A stretch of 64,000 bases of DNA from an uncultured Actinomycetes bacterium (lineage in GTDB: Bacteria; Actinomycetota; Thermoleophilia; Gaiellales; Gaiellaceae): the NCBI GenBank assembly GCA_963775505.1, contig CAVZIL010000009.1, forward strand, positions 43,987 through 107,986, given 5' to 3'. The translations under genes were made by a program, and so were the position numbers. Below the pieces are notes generated by a model. It was given only the letters and a program-made list of their open reading frames with translations. It was not told the DNA's origin and searched no databases. Below are positions 17,865-26,079 of this stretch, one piece after another. Every line of letters begins with the position of its first letter. Within the stretch, counting starts at the first letter, position 1.

Positions 17865-18548
17865 GTGGCGACCATCCGCCGCCCGGGCCGCAAGCTCCTC
17901 GCCTTCGACCGCCGCTTCGACGTTCGCTTCGTCGCCGGCGCCGACGAGGCCGGCCGCGGGAGCCTCGCGGGTCCGCTCGTCACGGCGGGCGTCCTCCTCG
18001 ACTACGAGCGCCTGCGCGACCACGCCGTCCGCCCACTCGCCCTGCTCAACGACTCGAAGCAGGTCGACCCCGCCCAACGCGAGGAGCTCTTTCGGGCGGT
18101 CGCGCGGTGCGCAACCCGGATCGCGGTCCGGGTGATTCCGCCCGCGGCGATCGACCGCGACGGGCTGCACCGGTCCAATCTCCGCGGCCTGCGAGAGGCG
18201 TTGGCGGCGCTCTCGCCGCCTGCCGAGGTGTGCCTGGTGGACGGCTTCCGCCTCGGCCCGCTCGCGCCGGACCACCGGGCGGTCGTCGACGGGGACACGA
18301 AGAGCGCGGCGATCGCCGCCGCCTCGATCGTGGCGAAGGTCGTGCGGGATCGCGCGATGCGGCGCCTCGACGCCGTGTACCCGAACTACGACTTCGCCTC
18401 GCACGTCGGCTACATCACGCCGGGCCATTCGGCGCTCGTGCGCCGCCTCGGGCCGAGCGCGATCCACCGCCGCTCCTTCGACGCCCGCTGCTATGCGGAG
18501 CTCGAGAACGAGGCCGAGGCCGAGCTCGTCACGGCGGCTCGGGCCTGA
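17865..18548 (+). CDS. rnhB: Ribonuclease HII
   Basis: AGADEAGRGSLAGPLV, DSKQ and ASIVAKVVRD motifs. GTG 17865 is preferred over the longer ATG 17790 ORF. Confidence 0.85.
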   Translation: MATIRRPGRKLLAFDRRFDVRFVAGADEAGRGSLAGPLVTAGVLLDYERLRDHAVRPLALLNDSKQVDPAQREELFRAVARCATRIAVRVIPPAAIDRDGLHRSNLRGLREALAALSPPAEVCLVDGFRLGPLAPDHRAVVDGDTKSAAIAAASIVAKVVRDRAMRRLDAVYPNYDFASHVGYITPGHSALVRRLGPSAIHRRSFDARCYAELENEAEAELVTAARA

Positions 18549-18861
18549 GGCCGAGCGGCGCGTCCGCCGCCACTACCGTCTGCGCGGGTACCGGATTCTC
18601 GCGACGAACGCCCGCGCCGGCGGCTACGAGCTCGACATCGTCGTGCGGCGCGGCCGGACGGTGGTGATCTGCGAGGTGAAGGCGCGCAGCGGATTGGCGT
18701 ACGGCAGTCCGCTCGAGGCCGTCGGACCCGAGAAGGCCCGCCGGGTCAGGCAGGCCGCCGAGGCCTGGCTCGCGCTTCGGCCGGAGCTGGCCGATCTCGA
18801 CGTGCGCTTCGAGGCCGTCGCGGTCAGCGGCCGGCGCATCGAGCGCGCTCCGTTCGATTAG
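18493..18861 (+). CDS. yraN: YraN-family (UPF0102) endonuclease-like protein
   Basis: GPEAERRVRRHYRLRGYRILATN...GYELDIVV...VICEVKAR core. The start is uncertain because ATG 18493 overlaps rnhB by 56 nt. Confidence 0.7.
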   Translation: MRSSRTRPRPSSSRRLGPEAERRVRRHYRLRGYRILATNARAGGYELDIVVRRGRTVVICEVKARSGLAYGSPLEAVGPEKARRVRQAAEAWLALRPELADLDVRFEAVAVSGRRIERAPFD

Positions 18862-18915
18862 CGCAGACTCGGCGCGATCCCGTGCGCCACGTGTGCGCCG
18901 GTCCGCCGTAGCGTC

Positions 18916-20376
18916 GTGCGGGTGCTCGCGCGCGCCGTCACCCATGCCCTCGTCGGCCTCGAGGCGAGGCGCGTCGAGGTTGAGGCCCACCTCCAGCGAG
19001 GCGTGCCCGCGTTCGCCATCGTCGGCCTGCCGGACAAGGCCTGCCAGGAGGCAAAGGAGCGCGTGCGCTCGGGCATCACGAGCGCGGAGCTCGAGTGGCC
19101 GGGCCGGCGGATCACGGTCAACCTGGCGCCGGCCGGGCTGCGCAAGGAGGGCTCCGGCTACGACCTTCCGATCGCGCTGGCCATCCTGGCGGCGTCTCAC
19201 CAGATCCCGCCGGCGACCCTCGCCGAGCACGCCGCAGTGGGCGAGCTCGCGCTCGACGGGCGTCTGCGGCCGGTTCCGGGCGCCATCGTCGCTGCCGAGG
19301 CGGCGAGGCGGGCCGGCCTGCCGCGGCTGCTCTGCCCGCGCGAGTCTGCGCCGGAGGCTGCTCTGGCGGGCATCGAGCCCGTGCCCGTTCGCCACCTCGC
19401 CGAGGCCGGCGCGTACCTGCAGGGGCGTTTCCGTCCCGAGCCCGTCGAGCCCGCGAAGCCTTCGGAGAACGGCTCGTGGCCGGACCTCGCGGACGTGCGC
19501 GGGCAGGAGCGGGCGAGGCGGGCGCTCGAGCTCGTGGCGGCGGGTCGGCACAACCTGTTGCTCGCCGGCCCGCCCGGGACCGGCAAGACGATGCTCGCCC
19601 GCCGGCTCCCTTCCCTGCTGCCGTCCTTGCTGCTCGAGGAGGCGCTCGAGGTCACCCGCATCCATTCGGTCGCGGGCGTCCTCCCGGCGGGGCATCCGTT
19701 CGTCGATCGGCCTCCCTTTCGCGCCCCGCACCACACGGCGTCGGCGGCCGCGGTCGTCGGCGGCGGCCCGGGGCCGCGGCCGGGGGAGGTCAGCCTGGCG
19801 CACCGCGGCGTGCTCCTCCTCGACGAGCTGCCGGAGTTCCACCGCCCCGTGCTCGAGGGGCTGCGCCAGCCGCTCGAGGACGGAGTCGTCGCCATCGCGC
19901 GGGTCGGCGGCCAGGCCGTCTTCCCGGCCCGGTTCGTGCTCGTCGGGACGATGAACCTGTGCCCGTGCGGCGCCCGCGGCGACCCGGCAGTCGAGTGCAG
20001 CTGCTCCCCGCAGAAGCTCGCCGCCTACGGCATGAAGCTCTCACGCGCGCTGCTCGACCGTTTCGACCTCGTCGTGCACATGCCACGCCCGCGTGGACGG
20101 GAGCTCGACGCGGTACAGCAGGAGCCGTCCGCCGACGTCAGGGCACGCGTCGAGCCGGGTGCGGAGCGGCTGCGGCACGAGCGGCCTCGCCTCGGCCCGG
20201 ACGCCCGCGCACTGCTGGCACGGGCGGTGGACAGCCTGCCGCTCTCGGCGCGCGGGCGGGCCCGCGTCATCCGTGTCTCGGCGACCGTCGCGGCGCTCGC
20301 CGGTGCGGGCGCGATCGAGCCGCAGCACGTCGCCGAGGCGCTCTCCTACCGGACGCCACGCGAGCTTTCGCCGTGA
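18916..20376 (+). CDS. comM: YifB/ComM-family Mg-chelatase-like AAA+ ATPase
   Basis: Lon-like N-domain (IVGLPDKACQEAKERVRSGI), Walker A GPPGTGKTM, GVLLLDELPEF, and a Cys cluster NLCPCG. Confidence 0.85.
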   Translation: MRVLARAVTHALVGLEARRVEVEAHLQRGVPAFAIVGLPDKACQEAKERVRSGITSAELEWPGRRITVNLAPAGLRKEGSGYDLPIALAILAASHQIPPATLAEHAAVGELALDGRLRPVPGAIVAAEAARRAGLPRLLCPRESAPEAALAGIEPVPVRHLAEAGAYLQGRFRPEPVEPAKPSENGSWPDLADVRGQERARRALELVAAGRHNLLLAGPPGTGKTMLARRLPSLLPSLLLEEALEVTRIHSVAGVLPAGHPFVDRPPFRAPHHTASAAAVVGGGPGPRPGEVSLAHRGVLLLDELPEFHRPVLEGLRQPLEDGVVAIARVGGQAVFPARFVLVGTMNLCPCGARGDPAVECSCSPQKLAAYGMKLSRALLDRFDLVVHMPRPRGRELDAVQQEPSADVRARVEPGAERLRHERPRLGPDARALLARAVDSLPLSARGRARVIRVSATVAALAGAGAIEPQHVAEALSYRTPRELSP

Positions 20377-21242
20377 GGTACGAGTCGGTCGCGAGAGGCC
20401 GAGCGGGGTATCCGCCGCTGCTCGCCGAGCTCCACGATCCTCCCGCGCGCCTTCTCCTGCGCGGAGGCCCGCCGGAGATCCTCTCGCGCCCCGCGGTCGC
20501 GATCGTCGGGGCACGCAGCTGCTCCCGCTACGGAGCCCAGGTGGCGCGCGACGTCGCTCGCGAGCTCGCTGCCGCCGGAGTCGTCGTCGTCAGCGGGCTC
20601 GCCCGCGGGATCGACGGCGAGGCGCACCGCGGGGCGCTCGCCGCCGGGGGCCTGACGGTCGCCGTCCTCGGCTGCGGCATCGACCGGGACTACCCGCGCG
20701 CACACGCGGAGCTCGCACGCCGGATCGCCGAGAGCGGTCTCGTCGTCTCGGAGTACCCGCCGGGGGTCGAGCCGGCCCCGTGGCGATTCCCCGCCCGGAA
20801 CCGCATCGTCGCCGGCCTGGCGCGGGCGACCGTGGTCGTCGAGGCGCGAGAGCGTTCCGGAGCCCTCATCACCGCCGATTTCGCGCTCGAGCTCGGCCGG
20901 GACGTGTTCGCCGTGCCGGGCGAGATCACATCCGGGCTCTCGAGGGGGACGAACGACCTGATTCGGCAGGGTGCGACGCCCCTGCTGACGGTCGACGACG
21001 TCCTCGAAGCGCTCGGCCTCGAGCCGGCGGCGCCCAAGCCGCCTGCGAGCCTCTCGCCCGAGGCGGCCGCGGCGCTCGCGGTCCTCACCGACGGCGCGGC
21101 AGCCCTCGACGAGCTGGCGCGGGCCACAGGCCTCGGGAGCCCGGAGATCGCAGTCGCGCTGACGGAGCTCGAGCTGGCAGGGCTCGTCGCGGGAGGCGAC
21201 GGCCTCTACCGCGTCACCCGGGGAAGGAGTCCGGGCTCGTGA
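20373..21242 (+). CDS. dprA: DNA-processing protein DprA
   Basis: The GTG start overlaps the comM stop (GTGA). Motifs AIVGARSCSRYG, SGLARGIDGEAHRGAL and RNRIVAGL. Confidence 0.85.
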   Translation: MRYESVARGRAGYPPLLAELHDPPARLLLRGGPPEILSRPAVAIVGARSCSRYGAQVARDVARELAAAGVVVVSGLARGIDGEAHRGALAAGGLTVAVLGCGIDRDYPRAHAELARRIAESGLVVSEYPPGVEPAPWRFPARNRIVAGLARATVVVEARERSGALITADFALELGRDVFAVPGEITSGLSRGTNDLIRQGATPLLTVDDVLEALGLEPAAPKPPASLSPEAAAALAVLTDGAAALDELARATGLGSPEIAVALTELELAGLVAGGDGLYRVTRGRSPGS

Positions 21243-22122
21243 CGGCTCTCGTGTGCAGGTCGTCGTCGATGTTGCGGCCGGTGACGACGAGGACGACGGC
21301 GCCGTCGACGTCCGCCAGCTGGGGGAGGGCGGCGAGCGCCGCGGCCCCCGCGCCCTCGACCCGGATCCCTGCGTCCGCGTAGGCGCCGACCGCCTGTGCA
21401 AGCTCGCGCTCGGAAACGAGGAGCATGCGGCTGGCAACATCGTCGAGCACGTCCACCGCGAGCGGGATCGCCACCCTGACGGCGAGCCCGTCGGCGAAGG
21501 TCGCGGATCTCTCGCTCGTGGCGACCGTGCCCGTCCGCCAGGACTCGACCATGACCGGCGCCTCCCTCGCCGCCACGCCCACTCGGAGTGTCTCCGGTGC
21601 GCGCGCCGTGAGGCGGAGGCCGATACCTCCGAAGAGCGCGCCGTTCCCGACCGGCGTCACGACTGCGGCCGGGGCATCCTCCAGCTGGTCGACGATCTCC
21701 TCCGCGATCGCGCCGTAGCCCTCGTACTGGGCCGGCTCGGCCCCGTCCTCGAAGAGCGGGAGCCCTGCGGTCTCCGCGTGGCGGCGGGCCTCGTCCTTCG
21801 CCTCGTCCATGTCGGCGCCGACGAGCCTGATCTCGGCTCCCAGCTCGCGGATCAGTGCGAGCTTCGCCTCCGCGGCGCTCTCGGGTGCGTAGACGATCGC
21901 GTCCAGCCCGAGGCGCTCGGCAGCCCATGCCGTCGCCGCGCCGTGATTCCCGGTCGAGGCGGTGACGACCGTTCGGGCGCCCGCTTCCCGGTAGCCGGTC
22001 ACGACGGGGAGCGCGCCCCGCCACTTGAACGCCCCGAGCTCATGGACGTCCTCCCGCTTGAGGAAGAGCGTGCGGTCGCCGGCGAGCGACGCGGGCGCGG
22101 GCTCGAGCGGCGTCTGCGTCAT
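21214..22122 (-). CDS. PLP-dependent fold-type II enzyme (threonine/serine dehydratase-like)
   Basis: KREDVHELGAFKWRGA (PLP Lys) and ASTGNHGAA. It is the last gene of the ADH-Fae-enolase operon and overlaps dprA convergently by 29 nt. Confidence 0.75.
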   Translation of the reverse strand: MTQTPLEPAPASLAGDRTLFLKREDVHELGAFKWRGALPVVTGYREAGARTVVTASTGNHGAATAWAAERLGLDAIVYAPESAAEAKLALIRELGAEIRLVGADMDEAKDEARRHAETAGLPLFEDGAEPAQYEGYGAIAEEIVDQLEDAPAAVVTPVGNGALFGGIGLRLTARAPETLRVGVAAREAPVMVESWRTGTVATSERSATFADGLAVRVAIPLAVDVLDDVASRMLLVSERELAQAVGAYADAGIRVEGAGAAALAALPQLADVDGAVVLVVTGRNIDDDLHTRAVTSPDSFPG

Positions 22123-22126
22123 GCGG

Positions 22127-23236
22127 TCAGCCTACGCGGTAGCGCTCGACCGCGTCCCCGTCGAGCTCGACGCCGAGCCCGGGCCGGTCCGGGACCGTCA
22201 GGAAGCCGTCGGCATCCGGGAGCACGGGCTCGGCGAGCATGAAGTCACGCCGCTCGGCCGTCCACGAGGGCGGGTCGTGAGGCAGCTCGAGGTACGGCCC
22301 GCCGCCGACGCCGGCCGTGAGGTGGAGGTTGGCGAGGAGCCCGATCCCGTTCGTCCAGGTGTGCGGCGTAAAGCGCAGGCCCTCGGCGCGGACGCGCGCC
22401 GCGAGCTGCCGCGCGCGGAGGATCCCCACGGCGAGGACGGCGTCGGGTTGGTACACGTCCAGGGCGCCGGCGGCGAGGTACCGCTCCAGCTCGGCCGTCG
22501 TCCGAGCCAGCTCGCCGCCCGCGATCGGCAAGCCGCTCTCCTCCCGCAGCCGGGCGAGACCGGCGACGTCGTCCCGGCCGAGCGGCTCCTCCAGCCACGT
22601 GATGTCGAGCTCCCGCAGGTGGGCGGCCAGGCGGCTCACGGCCTCGAAGTCGAGCAGGGCCGTCGAATCCCCCGGCAGGCGCCAGGCCTGGTTCAAGTCG
22701 ACCATGATCGCCATGTCCGGCCCGGTCGCTTCGCGAACGGCGGCAACGGCGGCGAGCCCCTCCTCGACGCGATCCGGCGCGATCCGCAGCTTGAGCGCGC
22801 GGAACCCCTCGGCCTGAAGCTCGAGCGCCGATTCGGCCCGCCGCTCGGCGGGGAGCAACATTCCCGTGGACGCATAGGCCGCTACGCGCTCGCGCGACTC
22901 GCCGAGCAGGCGCGAGACCGGCACCCCGGCTGCCTTCCCGGCGAGATCCCAGAGCGCCGCCTCCAGCGGCCAGTACCGTCCGGCGTGGAACGCGATCGTC
23001 TCGAGCACGGCCACGTGGCGCTCGAGGTCGAGCGGGTCGCGGCCGACGAAGAGGTGCTCGTAGCGCTCGAACCCGTCCATCGTGTCCCCGGAGCCGATTC
23101 CCGTGAGACCTTCGTCGGTCTCGACGACCACGAGCGTCGCCTCGAGGGCCCGCCGCGGCTCCGGGTCCCAGGCGGCCTCGAACGGCGGCTCGAGCGGATA
23201 GCGGAGGCGGCGGAGGCGGATCGCCGTGATCAGCAC
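22127..23236 (-). CDS. Enolase-superfamily enzyme (mandelate racemase / muconate lactonizing family)
   Basis: VVVETDEGLTGIGSG capping domain, ALWDLAGKAAGVPVSRLLG, KLRI, MVDLNQAW and LEEP metal-ligand pattern. The GTG start is at 23236. Confidence 0.75.
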   Translation of the reverse strand: MLITAIRLRRLRYPLEPPFEAAWDPEPRRALEATLVVVETDEGLTGIGSGDTMDGFERYEHLFVGRDPLDLERHVAVLETIAFHAGRYWPLEAALWDLAGKAAGVPVSRLLGESRERVAAYASTGMLLPAERRAESALELQAEGFRALKLRIAPDRVEEGLAAVAAVREATGPDMAIMVDLNQAWRLPGDSTALLDFEAVSRLAAHLRELDITWLEEPLGRDDVAGLARLREESGLPIAGGELARTTAELERYLAAGALDVYQPDAVLAVGILRARQLAARVRAEGLRFTPHTWTNGIGLLANLHLTAGVGGGPYLELPHDPPSWTAERRDFMLAEPVLPDADGFLTVPDRPGLGVELDGDAVERYRVG

Positions 23237-23238
23237 GG

Positions 23239-23748
23239 CTACCGCCGGAAGAACGGGTTCTCGGGCTCGCTGCGGACGGCGAGGAGGTCGTCGATCCCCG
23301 GCCGGCCGGCAACGGAGCTCGCGAGCGCTTGGCGGGTCGCCTCGAGATTCCCCGCGTACACCGCCTCCTCGTCGTCGGCCGCCCAGTCCACCCAGACGGC
23401 CGCAATCAGGAGCAGGTCGTCCACAGCCGCAGCAGGGATCGTGCCGTCGGCGACGGCGTCGAGGACGCCCCGCGCGACTCCTGCTTGCGCCGCGCCCCAC
23501 GTGAGGGCGGCGTGACGATCGCCCCGCACGTCCGCCTTGTTGACGAACAGCGTCAGCGGCTTGACGGGGTAGTTCGGCCTGACGACCACTATGAAGGGGA
23601 CGTGGCCCTGGCGCGGGGTCGCGAGCGCGGTCGCCCAGGCGGTCTCCACCGGCCCGCCCTTGCGGCCCAGCACGGTGTTCACGTGCGCGGCGTCCGGCCC
23701 GCTCCCGGCGAAACCCTCGCCGACCAGCGTCCGCTCGGCGAAGCTCAG
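23239..23748 (-). CDS. fae: Formaldehyde-activating enzyme (Fae) homologue
   Basis: Collinear with my recollection of methylotroph Fae: LVGEGFAGSGPDAAHVNTVLGRKGGPVETAW ... PNYPVKPLTLFVNK ... WGAAQAGVARGVLDAVADGTIP. The conserved N-terminus needs CTG 23748. The first canonical start (GTG 23682) would delete it. Confidence 0.75.
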   Translation of the reverse strand: MSFAERTLVGEGFAGSGPDAAHVNTVLGRKGGPVETAWATALATPRQGHVPFIVVVRPNYPVKPLTLFVNKADVRGDRHAALTWGAAQAGVARGVLDAVADGTIPAAAVDDLLLIAAVWVDWAADDEEAVYAGNLEATRQALASSVAGRPGIDDLLAVRSEPENPFFRR

Positions 23749-24842
23749 AAGCGAATCACCCCTCGCGCTACCTCACCGGCGTTCATGGCGGCGAACCCCT
23801 CGTTGATCCCGTCCAGGGTGAACGTGCGCGTGACCAGCGCGTCCAGGTCGAGCCTGCCGTCCATGTACAGGTCGAGGACGAGCGGCATGTCCTGGTGTGG
23901 ACGGCACGAGCCGTAGAAGCTCCCGGTGACGACCTTCTCCTCCCGCGGCAGATCGGAAGCGGGCAGGTCGGCGGTCGCGCCCTCCGGCGGCAGGCCGACG
24001 GCGACGACGAAGCCGCCGCGGCGCACGGCGCCGTAGGCCTGTGCCACGACGCCCGGCGCGCCGGCCGTGTCGAAGGCGTAGTCGGCTCCCCGCCCGTCGG
24101 TCAGCTCGCGCGCGAGAGCGGCGACGTCCTCGGCGCCTGGGTCGACGGCGTGCGTCGCGCCCAGGGCGAGAGCGGTCCTCCGCTTGAACGCCACGGGGTC
24201 GGCAGCGACGATCGCCTGCGCTCCCGCGAGCTTGCAGCCGAGGATGGAGGAGAGCCCGACCCCTCCGGCCCCGTAGACGACGGCGACGCTCCCGGGCTCG
24301 ACCCGAGCGCGGAGCACGGCGGCGCCGAAGCCCGTCATCACCGCGCAGCCCACGAGCGCCGCCACCTCCAGCGGAACGTCCTCCCGGATCGGCACGCAGC
24401 AGATCTCGGGCACGACGCAGCGCTCTGCGAACGTCGAGAGGAAGCCGTAGTGGTAGATCGGCTTGCCGTCCTGGGAGAGCGCCAGCGACCCCCCGGGCAG
24501 CGTCCCCGCGAACATGTCGGCCATCGCCATGTCGCAGAGAACGCCCCGCCCGCGGACGCAGTAGAAGCACTTCCCGCACGAGGGGAGCCACGAGAGGACG
24601 ACGTGGTCGCCGACCGAGACGTCGGTGATTCCCTCCCCGAGCGCCTCGACGATGCCCGCTCCCTCGTGGCCGGGAACGACAGGAAGCGGGTTCGTGGTCG
24701 CACCCGTGACCACGTTCCAATCGCTGTGGCAGATGCCGCTCGCCGCGAGACGGACCGCCACCTGGCCGGGGCCGGGGTCGGCGAGGTCGACGTCCTCGAC
24801 CTCGAGCGGTCGGTTGATCTCACGGAGCACGGCGGCGCGCAC
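23745..24842 (-). CDS. Zn-dependent alcohol dehydrogenase (class III / formaldehyde-dehydrogenase-like)
   Basis: GICHSD, PGHEGAGIVE, structural-Zn Cys cluster CGKCFYCVRGRGVLC, GAGGVG, and C-terminal GVIRF. Confidence 0.85.
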   Translation of the reverse strand: MRAAVLREINRPLEVEDVDLADPGPGQVAVRLAASGICHSDWNVVTGATTNPLPVVPGHEGAGIVEALGEGITDVSVGDHVVLSWLPSCGKCFYCVRGRGVLCDMAMADMFAGTLPGGSLALSQDGKPIYHYGFLSTFAERCVVPEICCVPIREDVPLEVAALVGCAVMTGFGAAVLRARVEPGSVAVVYGAGGVGLSSILGCKLAGAQAIVAADPVAFKRRTALALGATHAVDPGAEDVAALARELTDGRGADYAFDTAGAPGVVAQAYGAVRRGGFVVAVGLPPEGATADLPASDLPREEKVVTGSFYGSCRPHQDMPLVLDLYMDGRLDLDALVTRTFTLDGINEGFAAMNAGEVARGVIRF

Positions 24843-24881
24843 GGCGCGATTCTACGAGCCCGAAGGGGTTACGCTCGACCG

Positions 24882-25981
24882 GTGCGGATCCAGGCAGCCG
24901 TGCTCCGAAAGGTTGGACAGCCGGTCGAGATCGTCGACGTCGAGCTCGAGCCGCCCCACGAGGGGGAGGCGCTGGTCCGGATCGCCGCGTGCGGCGTCTG
25001 CGCGAGCGACCTCCACGTCGTCGACGGCGACCTCCCCGAGCCGCTCCCTCTCGTCCTCGGCCACGAGGCCTCCGGCGTGGTGGTGGACACCGGCCCCGGG
25101 GTCGCGCGCGTCCGCCCGGGCGACCACGTGGTGCTCGCGCTCGTTCCCTCGTGCGGCGACTGCGAAGAATGTCGGCGCGGGCGGCCCAACTTCTGCGAGC
25201 TCGGCGGGCGGATGGCGGCCGCCGGGACCTTGGCCGACGGCACGTCGCGGCTCTCCTGTGGCAGCGAGGAGCTCCACCACTTCAACTCGGTGTCGTCGTT
25301 CGCGGAGTACGCGGTCGTTCCCGAGTCGGTCGCCGTCCCCATCCGGCAGGACGTGCCGCTGGACACCGCCGCGCTCGTCGGCTGCGCGGCCCTGACAGGT
25401 TGGGGGGCGGTCACGAGGACGGCAGCGGTCGAGCCGGAGGCGAGCGTCGCCGTCTGGGGCTGCGGCGGCGTCGGGCTTTCGGTCATCCAGTCCGCTCGCC
25501 TGGCCGGAGCGGCTCCCATCGTCGCGGTCGACACGCGTTCGGAGAAGCTGGAGCTCGCAGAGAAGCTGGGCGCGACGGCGACGGTCCTTGCGCGGCCGAC
25601 CGCAGAGACGGCCCGGCGCGTGCGCCACCTGACGGGCGGCGGCGTGGACTACGCCTTCGAGGCGATCGGGCGGGAGGAGACGATTCGTGAGGCGTGGGAC
25701 GCGCTTCGTCCCGGCGGCACGGCCGTCGTCGTCGGGCTGCCGCCGAAGGGATCGGCCGTCACGATCGACACCTGGGGCTTCATCAACGAGAAGACGATCA
25801 AGGGCTGCTTCCTCGGCTCCGCGAAGATCGACGACGACGTTCCCCGGCTCCTGGACCTGTACGCGGCGGGGGACTTTCGCCTCGACGAGCTCGTCACCCA
25901 GCGCATCGCCCTCTCCGATCTGCCCGATGCCTTCGAACGCCTTCGCCGGGGGAGGGCGTCCGCCGGCTCGTCGTCTTCTGA
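24882..25981 (+). CDS. Zn-dependent alcohol dehydrogenase paralogue, frame disrupted 12 codons before the natural stop
   Basis: GVCASDLH, GHEASGVV, CGDCEECRRGRPNFC and GCGGVG. The family C-terminus GEGVRRLVVF* is in the -1 frame after the G5 run at 25948-25952. The main frame reads through to 26375. Confidence 0.75.
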
Positions 25982-26079
25982 GCCGCTCGGCACGGACTCG
26001 GCACTCTTTCGCGCACCACGGGTACGGGTTTCCGCTGTACGCTCGAGAGCGGGTGGTGGGAGAGGGGTGCCCCTAAAGG

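Noticed and set aside
19095-21242. 715-aa plus-strand ORF spanning comM and dprA.
   Set aside because: The first two thirds are an Arg/Pro/Gly-rich alternative frame of comM. Only the part from GTG 20373 onward matches DprA.
24842-24882. The 39-nt gap between the divergent ADH paralogues as a shared bidirectional regulatory element.
   Set aside because: The gap is too short and GC-rich for me to identify promoter hexamers or palindromes. I make no claim here.
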